Below are positions 1 to 13,769 of a stretch of 64,000 bases of DNA, piece after piece (positions within the stretch are counted from its first letter, which is position 1; the number at the start of each line of letters is the position of its first letter). A program made the translations under genes and the position numbers. The stretch is taken from the NCBI GenBank assembly GCA_013265495.1, contig MU058478.1, positions 390,032 to 454,031 on the forward strand. The letters run 5' to 3'. The notes beneath the pieces are model-generated. The model made no database searches and had not been told where the DNA came from. It saw only the letters and a list, made by a program, of their open reading frames with translations. The DNA comes from Vicugna vicugna (lineage: Eukaryota).

Positions 1-610
1 TAAATATAACTGAATACTAAATATTACATACTTATTATATATAATAATATATAAAGAAATATATAATACAGTTGATAATGAATAATAATATAATACATAT
101 AAATGAATATTGAATATTATATATAATAATATGTAAATGAATATATAATACAATTGATAATAAATGAATAATATTTTAATAAATATAAATGATAAATATA
201 AATGAATATTGAATGTTATATATATAATAATATATAAAAGAATATATAATACAATTGATAATAAATGAATAATATTTTAATAAATATAAATGATAAATAT
301 AAATGAATATTGAATGTTATATATATAATAATATATAAAAGAATATATAATACAATTGATAATAAATGAATAATAATATAATAAATACAAATGAATACTA
401 AATATTATATATTTATTATATATTACAGTAATATATAAATGAATATATAATATAATTGATAATAAATTAGTAATAATATAATATAAATGATAAATTTAAA
501 TGAATACTGAATATTATACATATTTATTATATATATATATTACAGCAATATATAAATGAATATGTAATAGTTAATTATACATAAATATATAAGAAAATAT
601 TATATATACA
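1..610. repeat. AT-rich minisatellite, ~100-101 bp period (runs off the left edge of the window)
   Basis: The marker caattgataa recurs at 151, 252 and 353, with variants at 69 and 453. The units starting at 151 and 252 are essentially identical. Confidence 0.9.
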
Positions 611-811
611 CATAGAGAGAGAGAGAGAGAAAGAAAAAGAATGAGAAAGAGAGCTTTTAAGGAATTACCTCTCATTATTAGGAAAGCTGGCAAGTCCAGA
701 ATTCACAGGAAAAGCCAACCGTCTGGAAATTTAGGGAGGATATCCACGTTGCAGTCTTGAGGCATAATTCTTTTTTTGAGGGGGGGTAAACCTGTTTTTT
801 TGCTCTTAAGG
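611..811 (-). mobile_element. MLT2-type (ERVL) LTR fragment
   Basis: (GA)n is followed by ttttaaggaatt...gctggcaagtccagaatt...gttgcagtcttgag, matching the recalled reverse complement of the MLT2 consensus. Confidence 0.75.
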
Positions 812-2460
812 AATTTTATTTAAAAAGTACAACTCGGAAACAAGCGGCTTTCCTAAGACTGGAGAAGCTACGGGAGAGATTCGGGTTACTAAAGCCTGAA
901 GATCTGGACCCCAGGTGTCTGAGGAATGGCCCCCTACTGGCCGGTATTCATGCTTCAGAAGGGGTTCTAAGCAGGTGTCTGCCAGACCTCTGAGAAGACC
1001 ACTCTGCCCTGACTTTTGGTGGTTCCTCTGGGGCCCAAAGGAAGAGCAGAGGTCCCCAGAACCCAGTTCCAGTCGTCTGACAAGTGGACACCGTGTGGTT
1101 GGCTCTGGTACCCCAGGAGGTCACAGGACTGCTCCTGGCTCCAGACGGTCACAAAATAAACGCCAGCCAGCCAGCACTTGTTTGTCTAAAGGACAGGACG
1201 AAACTGGTCCTGCTAGCCTCACACTAAAATGTCCCTACCAGGTGTCAGGGCCGCGTCGGTTTATTTTAATAACAGTGAACATCTGTAACAGTCACTGAGT
1301 TGAGGGTTTAGGATTGATCACCTGACTGCCTTTACAAGAATCCAGAGTAATTTTCTAAAGTCCATTCACCTTTTTGAAAGGCCAAAAAAGATGTGCATAT
1401 CTCCAATTTACAATAGCACTGATCCTCGTGAGTCCCCCAGGGATGTAGGGTTTATTTTTATTTGCCATCCTGGTAGAAAAGAGAAGTTAGTGATCTTCTC
1501 AGTGTGGGTTTCCTACCGTTTTCTGGGTATGTCAAGTGCAAATAGCTATTAGGGACCCTGTAAAAAGATACACAGTACACAGTTCTCAAAAATGTTACTG
1601 TTTTCATCACACTGGCGCATAACGTCATCACTCAACACACTTTATTTTTTCTTTTGCTTCTAAGATGTTAAACTTCAAAGCTGGTATCAGCCATGTTTTC
1701 TCCATTGGTACTTTTCCACCCCTAAACTTCCAAATGCTATCAGAGTCCATCAGAGGCAGGAATAAAATTAAAGAATATTTCGCTCATTCAATATCCATGA
1801 TCTGTGCATTCCCACCCTCCCCCATCTCCCTACCTCACTTGGAGGATTACAGAAAGTCAATTTAAGTGTGACGATGCTTTTTTTTAATTACTGGATTGGA
1901 AATCAGACTTACACTAAAGAGACTCTTCTTTCATGTATGGAAAGGGTAAGCCACAATTGGTCATTCAAACTCAGGCACTTGTGACCTCATTGGAGTAGCT
2001 AATTAGAAGATCAAAGAGAAATACTTTTCACTAGATTTGAGGTCCGTGCGGGGAATGGCAAAGACAGGTGCATAAAACAAAACAAAAGAAAAGATAATTA
2101 GACATCATCTAATTAGTGAAAAGGTTCAACTGAGACAAGCCCATAATTGAAATAAACAATGAAAGGTGTCCCGTTCTGGTACAAGGGGCGTGTTTTCTCT
2201 GCCGTGTTTACCTTATTCAGATCAAAAGCCTAAAATGAGGAAATCAAACTTTTTCTTGGATCTTACAGTATTAGTATTCACTGAGCAATCAACGAGGTGA
2301 TAAATGGTACAGAACTTGAAAAACAAAAACAAACAGAAAGAATTAGACAGAGCCAAGACAGAGTCTAAGACCAAGAGAGAAGGTGACAGAGAAGAGACAG
2401 TGGTTGGGATTGTTAGTTTCAACGTGTCTTCATTATTCAAGGTTTAAAAAAATGTCCAAA

Positions 2461-3090
2461 ATCCGTATGACACAGGAATCCTGCTCCTGGGCATATATCC
2501 AGAAGGAACCCTACTTCAAAATGACACCTGCACCCGAATGTTCATAGCAGCACTATTTACAATAGCCAAGACATGGAAATAGCCTAAATGTCCATCCACA
2601 GATGACTGGATAAAGAAGAGGTGGTATATTTATACAATGGAATACTACTGAGCCATAAAAATGACAACATAACGCCATTTGCAGCAACATGGATGCTCCT
2701 GGAGAATGTCATTCACAGTGAAGCCGGAAAGAGAAAGAAAAGTACTATGTGAGATCACTCATTTGTGGAATTTAAAAACAAAAACAAAAACAAACAAAGC
2801 ATAAATACAAAACAGAAATAGACTCACAGACATAGAATACAAACTTGTGGTTGCCAAGGGGGCGGGGGGTGAGAAGAGATAGACTGGGATTTCAAAATGC
2901 AGAATAGATAAACAGGATTATACTGTGTAGCACAGGGAAATATATACAAGATCTTGTGGTAGCTCACAGAGAAAAAAATGTGACAATGACTATAACAATG
3001 ACTAATGCTCATGTATAACTGAAAAATTGTGTTCTACTCTGGAATTTGACACAACATTGTAAAATGATTATAAATCAATAAAAAATGTTT
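2461..3090 (+). mobile_element. Young 5'-truncated L1 (ORF2 C-terminus plus 3'UTR)
   Basis: ORF2-end motif ...ccgaatgttcatagcagcactatttacaatagccaagacatgg, AATAAA and an A-tail. A 14-bp TSD aaaaaatgtccaaa lies at 2447-2460 and 3091-3104, at a TT|AAAA site. Confidence 0.95.
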
Positions 3091-5349
3091 AAAAAATGTC
3101 CAAAGTGATTTTATTTTATCATTTTATGAATTTCTCCCCATTTTCTCCAAATCTTCACCAACCCCCTCTTACTCCGGCAAGTGTCGGTTCATCCTCTACA
3201 ACGCTGCCACTCCCACCACCCGTGACCTTTCTTAGATGGACCAATTAGGTTAACGTTAGCTTTCTTCCTCCCAGCAACACCTCCATCCATTCTTCTGCAG
3301 ACCCAGTAGGGGGTTAGTTCTATGGAGTCTATACCCTGCACCTTATGTAGAATATGGATCCACATAAAATCTGAGGCTGCAGGAAGGATCAAATGTGGGA
3401 GGCAAACACTTGCACCCATCAGGCTGATACTTCTGTCTTGCTTGGTGAAAGGATCCTTCTGTGGAATCAAAGTCAATCTCTTTGAAAAAGGATTTCAATG
3501 AGCTAACATGATGAGGATTGGGAGCAGTGGGGAAAGACACAGTGGAAAATTGTTTGGAAAAAATCCACGGAGTGGAGAGTTGATAAGACCAAGAAATGAA
3601 ATCAGAGCTGACCCAAGTTTAAGCAAATAGGAATGGCCGAGACATCTTCTACTGCCTGGGAATTGGGTGATGGGTGGGTCATGGGCTGGGAAATGGGGGG
3701 AGTTGAGGGGAGAGAACAAAGAGTCAGGGAGGACACACAGAGGATGCACAGAACTACGGTTGACAGCAGGCTCCGTTAAATCAGACTTTGGGGTGTGTCT
3801 GCTTAGTTAAGGAAGAAAGACTTCAACAGCTCCTCCTCCCTGCACACCCTGACAACCTCAGTGTCCCTGCTTGAATTTAGAAAGTTTATGCTGGGAGAGT
3901 CCCATTAGACAGTTTCTCCTATTTTGTGCTGTACAAGTGCATGGTTTGTACATAAGGGTAGGTTGTCAACTGAAGAGTGTTGCCAGGTCATTCTGCTGGC
4001 AGAAATAAGAAAGGTCACAGAGTTACCTCTGGAAATGCCTTAGGCTTATTTTTAGGATAATAATGTGTACAGTCGACAGCCATGTCTCTTACCCCATTTG
4101 GGATTCTCCATCTCCTTGGCCCCACAGGGGTAAGACTTTGAAAGAGTTTGCTAATTCAGCCGTCATGACTTCTATCCACCAATCTGAGCAGGCTGAAAGC
4201 AAATTTACAAAGACTGGAAAAAGGGACAAGGATTTCAAGCCTGTGAAACTCCTGCGGCCAGAGGTCTAAGGAAAACGTGATATTTAACCCCTCTGTGTAA
4301 CACAGGGAGTCATGAATATTTTGCTAACTAGCATTACCGTGTAAATAAATATTCATTAAATTGAATCGAAACAGTGCTAATAAATGTAAAGGAGAAGGTG
4401 ATGTTTGCAGGGTTCCAGACTTGGACTGATAAATTAAACAAAACCTCTCTGACCCAGTAGGACAGGGCTTTTGCAGGATCAGAGTAGAAACTGTTGAATA
4501 GGATAAACAGAACACTGGATCCTTCAGGTATATTTCCTTCTCTTGCAGAATTTGTTCCTTCCCTGGGGTTTCACAAACACCAAGTGCTCAGGAGGGAGTG
4601 AACAGGCCAGGCCCCCCTCTCACGGCTGGTTTCCTTAAGCCTAACAATGTTTGTGAGTGCAGTCTAGATAAAGGGCAATTTTCAAGCAACTATAGATGGA
4701 GAAGAAGGAAGTGACTGACAAAAATGATCAGTGCAGAGTGACAGCCGGATGGATGGTTCTGGAGGTGAGAAGGATGGCTTGTCTGATGCAGTTTTTTGGT
4801 GACAGTTGCACCTGACATTGCCTAAGAATGCATCCCAAACACACGCACTTTGAGCATCAAATAACACTTCCATTCCTTCCTGCACCTGCTCTGGGGAATT
4901 AACCCCAGTATCTCAGGGAACAGGAGGTCAGTGAAAGGAAACATCTTCCTTCAAACACAACAATGTAACAGCGGCTGGGCTAACCCACGGAGAGGCTAAA
5001 TCAATGAACAGAACTGATTGAGAGAGACCTGCGTTTCCAACATAATCTCTCACGTGGATGGACGTCCTCTTGGTCTCTGGCCTTCTTTTTTTTTTTTAAC
5101 TGAGGGATGGGAAGAGGTGGTCCTCTAAGGTTCTTTTTCTGTCGAGTGTTTCACACCTTTCAACATGGGTCTGCTCCCCAGAGATGCTTGGTTGCTGTTT
5201 CCAGGTGTGTTAAGAGGATAGTTTGAAGTACGTTTTGAACTCATGTTAAGCTAAATTATATGAAAGGATTTCTGGGACCCTTAGAGGATGCCAGGTGGGG
5301 AGAGTGATGACAGCTGCCTGTCTATTGCCTTGTGGCATTGTGACCTGGA

Positions 5350-5482
5350 AAAGGCCCAGCCTGGGAAATAGGGAGATCTGAGTTTGAATCCTTATTCAGT
5401 GCTCCTTTCCAGCTATGTGGCTTGGGACCGACTTTCTCATCTCACAGAGTCAATTTCCTCACTTGTAAAGTGCAGAATTATT
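5350..5482 (+). mobile_element. MIR SINE remnant
   Basis: gatctgagtttgaatccc...cagctatgtggcttggg...tttcctcacttgtaaa resembles the MIR core. Confidence 0.65.
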
Positions 5483-6472
5483 CATGTCATTATTAATACA
5501 TTAATTAATTAATCAATAGGTTAATACATTATGTTCATATCCCCTGTCCATTTTCTTACTGGGGTTTCCCATCCTTTTTGTTTGTTAGAAATATTTTTAA
5601 TAATTTTACATTTTAATAGATGTTATATGAGTGTTTTCTGAAGTATTAAATACATATGTATTTTTTGTGCTTTAAAATATGTAATTTAATATCCTTATAA
5701 GCTCAAGTAAAAAATTAATAACAATGATTTTTGCTTTTTGGGTCTCGTATTTATTATTTTAATTAACAAATTTACAGGAAAAAACATCATTTACAATTGT
5801 GTGTATTTTTTTCGTGCATGTGTGTAAAAACAGAAAGGCACAGAGACAGGCACGTAGGCAGAGACAGAAAGACAGAGAAATCTACTTCCCTTTTGAAGTA
5901 ATTCAGACATCAGATTTATATAGTTATAAACTTGTCTTTTGGATCTGCACACACTGTTCCTCATTGTCAATATTTTCATGACATCACTCAAATATTTACT
6001 TTCCAAGATGGGTTCTGTAATTATTCAGTCAAGAACAGAAAAAATATGATGTTGACAGTTTCATTGAAAAAGTAACATACAAATATAAATTGAAGGAGAA
6101 CTGACATGTTTGAAATAGTGCTGTTTTCCACCCAGGAATGTATTTCTCTCTATTAATTCAATTCTTTCAGTTTTTTTGTGAGCTTCTGTAGTCTTTTTAC
6201 AATATTTTTTTCCAATACTGTTAACAATCCTCTGCATGAAGCAAAACAAATACGTTTAGAAGCACACACTCTTAGGGCTCTGAATGTTCTGTACTTAAAT
6301 ACTAAGACCTTCAGTCTTCTCCAGACACCCTCTGAGATGGGTCCTTCCATAACGTCCTGGGTCTGTGGTCCTCATGGTGGAGGGTCTGCTGTTTGCTTTT
6401 CCTCTGCCCACAGTTTGGGGTCTGCATTGAAAAAAGAAAGCTTAAAAATATTTTTAAAATGCATATACATAT

Positions 6473-6709
6473 AAGGGATAAATTGTGAGTCTGAGATTTG
6501 CAGATATTAATATATATAAATAGATAAATAAGTTTATTCTGTATAGCACAGCGAAATATATTCAAGATCTTGTAGTAACTTATGCTGAAAAAGAATATGC
6601 AAATGAATATATGCATATTCATGTATGACGGAAGCATTGTGCTGTGCACTAGAAATTGACACAACACTGTAAACTGACTAGACTTCAATAAAAATTATAA
6701 AAAAAAAAA
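6473..6709 (+). mobile_element. L1 3'UTR fragment
   Basis: gggataaattgtgagtctgagatttgcagat...gaaattgacacaacactgtaaactgact, then AATAAA and an A-tail. Confidence 0.9.
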
Positions 6710-7543
6710 GAATAATCAAATACCAATGAGAGGGGGGAGAAAAGGAGAATGAAGAACCCACAATGGAGTACCAGCCCCTGTCAAGACCATTCGGCTGCGG
6801 GTCTCACATGAATTTCACCAAGTGTCTAATTAATGAAAAGATTCACAACTAAATCTGTGAGTGTGAAATTTTAACACATCACCAAGTCTTCCAGAATTAA
6901 AATAAAATCACCCAAGAAGGAAAAAAGTCAATTGTTCTAGCAACAGGCTTGTTTATTGGCACACAGTTCACCAGAGGTTGATTGAAGAAGGTCTTTAAAG
7001 ACGGAGGAGGATTTTTCAAAACTAACAGGTTAGAAGTTGTCTTTCAAAATAGAATTTTAATATAAAGGCAAAATGAACAGGATTTTTAACTCCTCTATTA
7101 ATCCCAATTAGAGCACACTTACGGAGAGGTGCAGAGGGAAAGTCTCTTGGGAATAATTAAACTTTCAAGAATCCCAGAAAATATTACAAAATGGTCCAGT
7201 GCAATACAGGAAAAGATGTTCAAATTTGATTCAGAAACAGTGTTAATTGAATGACACAGGGGTCATAACTTTGGGAAAGAATGTGCCATCAGATGTGGTT
7301 TGTTGATGCAATAAACTGTATTAAGTAGTGATAATTACACCCTTGTTTTTATTTTTAGAATCAACTTTAAAAATTAAATATGGTTATGGTAAGTAATCTG
7401 AATGATACTAAAGAAAGCATTTAGGGTAATGGTGGATAAAAGCTGCGGAAAGGGTAAGACGTTCTAAAAAAATAAATGGAAATTAACACTTGGTTTTTCT
7501 GATGGAACCAGCTAAAAAACTAGGAATACAAATATATTGTGGA

Positions 7544-8277
7544 GGAACCCTCGTACACTGCTGGTGGGAATGCAGTTTGGTGCAGCCACTATGGAAAACA
7601 GTGTGGAGATTCCTCAAAAGACTAGGAATAGACTTACCATATGACCCAGGAATCCCACTCCTGGGCTTGTATCCAGAAGAAACCCTTCTTCAGGATGACA
7701 CCTGCACCCCAATGTTCATAGCAGCACTATTTACAATAGCCAAGACATGGAAGCATCTAAATGTCCATCAACAGGTGACTGGATAAAGAAGAAGTTGTAT
7801 ATTTATACAATGGAATACTACTAAGCCATAAAAAATAACAACATAACGCCATTTGCAGCAACATGGATGCTCCTGGGGAATGTCATTCTAAGTGAAGTCA
7901 GCCAGAAAGAGAAAGAAAAATACCATATGAGATCGCTCATATGTGGAATCTAAAAAACAAACAAATAAACAAACAAACAAAAACAAAGCATAAATACAGG
8001 ACAGAAATAGACTCATAGACAGAGAATACAGACTTGTGGTTGCCAGAGGGGCAGAAGGTGGGAAGGGATAGACTGGGATTTCAAAATTGTAGAATAGATA
8101 AACAAGATTGTACTGTATAGCACAGGGAAATATACACAAAATGTTATGATAACTCACAGAGAAAAAAATGTGACAATGAGTGTGTATATGTCCATTTATG
8201 ATTTAAAATTGTGCTGAATACTGGAATTTGACACAACATTGTAAAATGATTATAAATCAATAAAAAATGTAAAAAAA
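7544..8277 (+). mobile_element. Young 5'-truncated L1
   Basis: Encodes an ORF2 C-terminal peptide ([24 protein letters not shown]...[10 protein letters not shown]...CTPMFIAALFTIAKTW), then the 3'UTR and an A-tail. A perfect 16-bp TSD acaaatatattgtgga lies at 7528-7543 and 8278-8293. Confidence 0.97.
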
Positions 8278-8929
8278 ACAAATATATTGTGGAAAGAAAA
8301 TTATGGTGGGGAGGAGGCTGGAGGAAGTAAAGGACGCCAAAAACAAACAAACAAACAAAAATCTTGCATCAGTGTCTTGAGGTAGAAAAATCGTTTTTCT
8401 GTGTATTGGCCACAGTTTTATGAGATGAAGTTGAGTCGTATAGGGGCAGAAATGGGTCATTTATTTTCCATTCTGCTCCATCTGCCTAAGAGAACACAGG
8501 GCCAATATTCTGCAACTGAAATGACTGGTGAGCTATTTTTTAGTGTTTTATTTTCCAAATTTCCCTTTTGTATGGTCTGTTTTATTGGACATTTGGAAGA
8601 GGTTTTACGAAAGGCTTCCAGCCAGCTGCCATTTGCACTAGAATTATTTCAATGGATCTGAATTAGTTGAGGGCACTGTCTTTTTCAAAGATGCTTCCTG
8701 GTGTGAAAGAATTAAAAATAAGGAATATTGTTTGTGACTAGGGTCTAGACCCAATGGCAGACGAACAGAGAGATATCCGTTATACATTTTTTCTCCTATT
8801 TTTCATAAATTCACTTTATTCTTTTTCTTCTTAAACTGATTGTTTTCTGTCTTCACTTTGTCATTGCCATCCTGAAAGTATTCAAGCATAAACATTTGCC
8901 ACTCAGAAAAGCTCTGTTGCATTTTTCCA

Positions 8930-10835
8930 TTTTTTTTATTGTGGTAAAATGCACAAACATAAAAATTTCCCATTTGTGAGTGTACAGTTCAGTGGTATTA
9001 AATACACTCATAATGTGTAATTCTCACCACCATCCATCTCCAGAACTCTTTTCATATTGTAAAACCACACTCAATATTCATGGTACCATAACACTTCAGA
9101 CTCCCTTCCTTCCAGTCTTTGTCCAACCCTACTTTACTCTGTCTCTGATTTTTGGCGATTCTAAGTACCTTACGCAAGCGGAATCAAACAATATTTGGCT
9201 TTTTGCTACTGGTTTACTCCACTTGGCATGAAGCCTTCAAGGTTCATCCATGTTGTAGCACATGCCAAAATTTCTTTCATTTTTAAAGCTTAACAATAGC
9301 TTTTTTAAATTTTCAATTTTAAAATTTTCCATTTCAAAGCTTAACCATTAGATGTATCCATATTTTTTAATCCATTCATCTGTCAGTGGATACTTGGGTT
9401 GTTTCCATGTTTCAGCCATTGTAAATGACACCACTTGAGTGTACAAGTATCTCTTTGGGGCCTGATTTCAATGATTTTGGTATATACTCTGAAGTTAAAA
9501 TGCTTCATAATATGCACAAAATGCATATTATGCTATATGTCCTAATTCTATTGTTAATTTTGTAGGAACTGCCATGTTGTTTTCCACAGTAGCTGTACCA
9601 TGTGACATCCCCATCCACAGTACACGAGACTTCCAGTTTCTCCACTTTCTCATCAACACTTGTTGTTTTCTGTGATTTTTTTTTTTTACAGCAACCAACT
9701 TAATGGGCATGAGGTGGCATCTCATAATAATTTTGATAAGCATCTGCATGATGATTAAGGACATTGAAGATTTTTTCATGTGCTTATTGGTCATTTGCAT
9801 ATATTCTTTGTAGAAATCTTTACTCAAATCCTTTGCCTATTTTTTAAAAAAAAATCAGCTTACTTTTTTGTTGTTCAGTTTCAGGAGTTCTCTATATATG
9901 CTGGGTATTAATCCTTTATCAGGTGCATAACACACAAATATTTCTACCATTCAGTGTGTTATCTTTTTACTCGATTCATCATTTCTTTTTCTACATAAAA
10001 CTTTTAACTTTATGAAGATGAATTTGTGTATTTTTCTTCTGTTTCATGTGTCTTGGGTGTCATAGCCTAGAAATCACCACCAAACTCAAAATCATGAAGA
10101 TATCCCACTATGTTACCTCCTAAACCTTTCACAGATTTAGGTCTTACGTAAAGGGTTTTGGTACGTACTGAGTTAATTTTTATATGTGGTGTTAGGCAAG
10201 AGTCCATGTTCATTCTTTTGCATGTTCGTATGTGGTTTTCCCAGCATCATTTATTGAAGAGACTGTTATCCCCCCATTGAATGTTCTTGGTACACTTGTC
10301 TGAAGTCACTTGAATATATATATGAAGGTTTTCTATTCTATTTCATTGGTCCACACATCTGTCTTTATGCTGATAGCCTTCTGTTTTGATTATTATAGGT
10401 TTGTAGTAAGTTTTGAAAACAGAAATGATAAGTCTTCCAGGTTTGTTGTTTTTTTCTCAAGTTTGTTTTGGCTACTCAGGGTTGCTTGAGATTGCATATG
10501 AATTTTAGTAAAGATTCTTCTATTTCTGCAAAAAATGGCATTAGGATTTTGGTACCTTTACTAATGTAAAGTCTTCTAATCAATGAATATGGGATATGCT
10601 TCTATTTATTCGTGTCTTCTTCAATTTCTTTGGAGTTTTTGGAATTTTTTTTTGCTTGTTTGAATGTGAAGTTTCGTAGTTTTCGTTATACAAATCTTTC
10701 ACCTCCTTGCTTACATTAATTTTTAAGTATTTTATTCTTTTTGATGCTGTTCTAAGTGGAATTGTTTTCTTAATTTCATTTTGGATTGTTCATTATCAGT
10801 GTGTAGAGATGCACCTGATTTTTCTGTGTTGAATT
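8930..10835 (-). mobile_element. Old L1 (L1MB-like), 3'UTR plus degenerate ORF2
   Basis: Begins ttttttattgtggtaaaat...gtacagttcagtggtatta. The minus-strand ORF 9528-9827 (KHMKKSSMSLIIMQMLIK...RCHLMP) resembles decayed ORF2. Confidence 0.85.
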
Positions 10836-13017
10836 ATAGACCTTCTGTTTTGGCTCTTATTCCAATTTTGATTCTGTTTCCGAAATCCTTGGGGCTGTCC
10901 TTCAGTTTCTCCAATAGTCAAAACTTGTCCTTCACCAAAGGATGCAGACTTGGTTCTCCTAAGCCAGAAAACTGGCTTTTAGTCTTTCTCTCCTTGCTGT
11001 AGAAATCTCACTCACATTTAGTCTGAATTTATTAATTCAAGCTCTGTCACGGTCAAAGTGAAGGGGCAAGAGCACTGTCATCTTGCACAGTTGGAATTTG
11101 TAATGTCGGGGGGTAAAAGAGCCTTGGCCCAGAAGCTGTGCAGAATGCTCGAGGACCTTCTCACTCAGTAACTGCTGTACAGGGTTGTCATTCACCATCG
11201 GATGACTGGAGTTGAACCCAGAAAAGGAAAGTCCAAGAAAAAAAAAAAACTCTATCCAAAATGAGTCATACAAATGGAATTTCCCGACTCTGACTTTGGC
11301 AAATGATTTATTTTTTTCCAAATGAGTTTTTTTGTTTGTTTGTTTTTGCTTTGTTTTGTTTTGTTTGTATTTGTGAATGCATTAGTGGAAGACCGTCACT
11401 TCAACTGATTCACAGATAACGGTCCGTGCCATTTTTGAAATACGTCTTGTGGACTTAAATACCCTGATACCCTGAATTCCTGACATTCTGACTCTATCCA
11501 TTACATTTCACTGCATTCACATAATCCCTTTCTCGTTGAAATCTTTATTATAGTGAAATAATAAATCATAACATCTCTTTCTACCCAGGAAATATATAAG
11601 TGGGAGAATCTGCACAAAAGACATCCAATCTGGCAAGGATAAAGGATGCAGGAATTACATTCATTCATGCCAGGTTCGTGGGTATTTCATCCAGTTGTTA
11701 AGTCTCACTTAGGATCTGTGTCTGACTGGACTTCACATTTTATGGTAGTGACACTAAGCATTCTGTTTGACTTTGGATGAAATGTATTAACAAGCACACG
11801 GGTGTAAGATCTTGACTGTCTCCCCGACAACACCATTTGTTCTCTTGTACCTCCCAGCAAACAGGACCATGGACAGCTGCAACTCTGGGCGTCAGATAAT
11901 AAAATGACCTGCGGGTCAGCGCAGTAAAGACATTGTGACACTGACTGATACTTTAATAGCCAGCGGGGGCTCCTTGCAAATAGGATCACTTGCAATGCTC
12001 TCCCCTCTAGAATTTTCCATTCTCCCTTTTACAGTGGGAGGTACTGAATTCATGGCGGTTTCACCACTGCTTAAGTGCGAACCTTCCTTTTCAATTAGAC
12101 CGTGTTAATGTTTTGCCTTAATGGACATAGTATAAACCATTAGTAAAATGTTCAGAGGGCTTGGCACAAACAAAAAAAATTCCTTAACTTTTGGGTTTAT
12201 TTTGAAAATCCTTAAGTTCTATACTAAATTGAACCCATCATGGAGAAAGCTTACTCCTCCTTAAGAACATATTTTAATTGTTAGTCGGTGTGAAACATTC
12301 TATAAGGGTATCCAGTTTCCTGAGAAGCACGACCCTATCTTTTATGTTTCTATAGCTCTTTCTCAGGTCTATGGTCTCTTGGAATTATGTTTGGATTGTA
12401 TATGATGCTTTAATTTATCCACATCCCAGCACAATGACCAGCTCTCAGTGAGGGCTGCAACAATATTAAGTCCCTGTCTCCAACCACCCACAGCTGTCAT
12501 TTTAACTTGGGTTGAAACATGCCTAGTATTGAAATATTTACATCGTCTAAATTTAAAATCAGTAAAAACTACTTATATTCTGAATTTGTCTTCATGCTCC
12601 ATGCCAGGAATAAACTTCAGAACATTTCAATACTGGCCAAGGCAAAAAAGAAAAAAAAATCATTATTCTTTTTGCTTGCATTCTGTATGTTGGAAATTTT
12701 CTGTTTTGGAGGATAATAAAGTATCAGGTAACTTCTCATGGACTTCCATGGAAGAATTTTTTTTTCTTTCCTATGGTGGGAGAGGAATTTTTTTTAAGAT
12801 CCTAAGCCTTGGAGGCAAAAGCCTGAGCTCTGATAACACTTTTCAGGTCCTGTTTGTTTTCCCTAAATATGTAGGTATACATACCATAGTTAAAAATGAG
12901 TGCTTCAAAGACCAATGCCCCTGCATCCTGGTGCATGGAGGAGCAGGGGTATAAAGATGCTCAGGAAACGCAAAATGACTTGGAGAAGCCAAGGCAATGA
13001 AGTTGCTGCACAGTATT

Positions 13018-13769
13018 TGCACAGGAGGAAACATCTTCCAGTTATTCATCTCAGGTTCGTGGCTGGAGCTCTGTAACAAAGCTTAGATTAGCAGGAGAGA
13101 CATGAAGAGAAGTTTATTGCCATGAACATCTCAGCCATAAGTGGGGAAACTGAAGGATAAGGAACCCTGAGCAGTGGCTTAGAATTTAGACTGATCTATG
13201 TAGCGTCTTTTTTTTTAAACATTTTTTGTTGATTTATAATCATTTTACAATGTTGTGTCAAATTCCAGTGTAGAGCACAATTTTTTTCAGTTATACATGA
13301 ACATATATACATTCATTGTCACATTTTTTTCTCCGTGAGCTACCATAAGGTCTTGTGTATATTTCCCTGTGCTATGCAGTATAATCTCTTCTACAATTTT
13401 GAAATCCTCAACAAAGAACAATACGTTTTTAGTGAAGTGGCAAAACAGAGAAAAAGCAGCTTTAGTATTTTAGGATCAGCAAACAGGGAAGACAAATATG
13501 GGGGGAAACAGTTGTTTGCTGTCGGGGCGCCTCTGGCACCCTCTGTATGCTGAGAAGGGTCTAAAGTCATCTCAGGGCATTAATTTTCTTCCTTCCCTGT
13601 AGGGAGAGGAGCAGGGACATCTCCATAAATCTATATCCTGCTTTGGGGGCGAATAGAGAGGCGGCAGAGAGCTTTTCTTGTGTTGAAGCTTCCTGATTGT
13701 CTTCAGCTCAAAATAATTCTGTGTCAGAGAGAGATATTTGGGGGAGACATATTCTGGTTTCGTTTTGCA
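13018..13769 (-). mobile_element. MER34/MER39-like ERV1 solo LTR, interrupted by an L1
   Basis: cttcagctcaaaataattc...atatttgggggagacatattctgg is the reverse complement of the recalled MER34-type 5' end. Confidence 0.7.
13208..13407 (-). mobile_element. Young L1 3' end nested in the LTR
   Basis: Poly-T followed by aacattttttgttgatttataatcattttacaatgttgtgtcaaattccag, the reverse complement of the ends of the 2461 and 7544 copies. Carries a small internal deletion near 13387. Confidence 0.93.

Noticed and set aside
825..1298. GC-richer block with protein-like open frames (e.g. LRLEKLRERFGLLKPEDLDP and the 127-aa ORF)
   Set aside because: No recognisable homology, no convincing splice sites, and no poly-A/TSD. 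A BLASTX search would settle it.
3182..3620. Possible ancient LTR (LTR16/MLT1J-like)
   Set aside because: The similarity is too vague to call by eye.
7490..7786. ORF with L1 ORF2 C-terminal similarity (also 50301-50555, 35427-35639, 48971-49156)
   Set aside because: These are truncated, frameshifted retrotransposon remnants, not host genes.
12448..12954. 168-aa ORF
   Set aside because: It starts at GTG, runs through A/T homopolymers, has non-coding-like composition and shows no recognisable domain.
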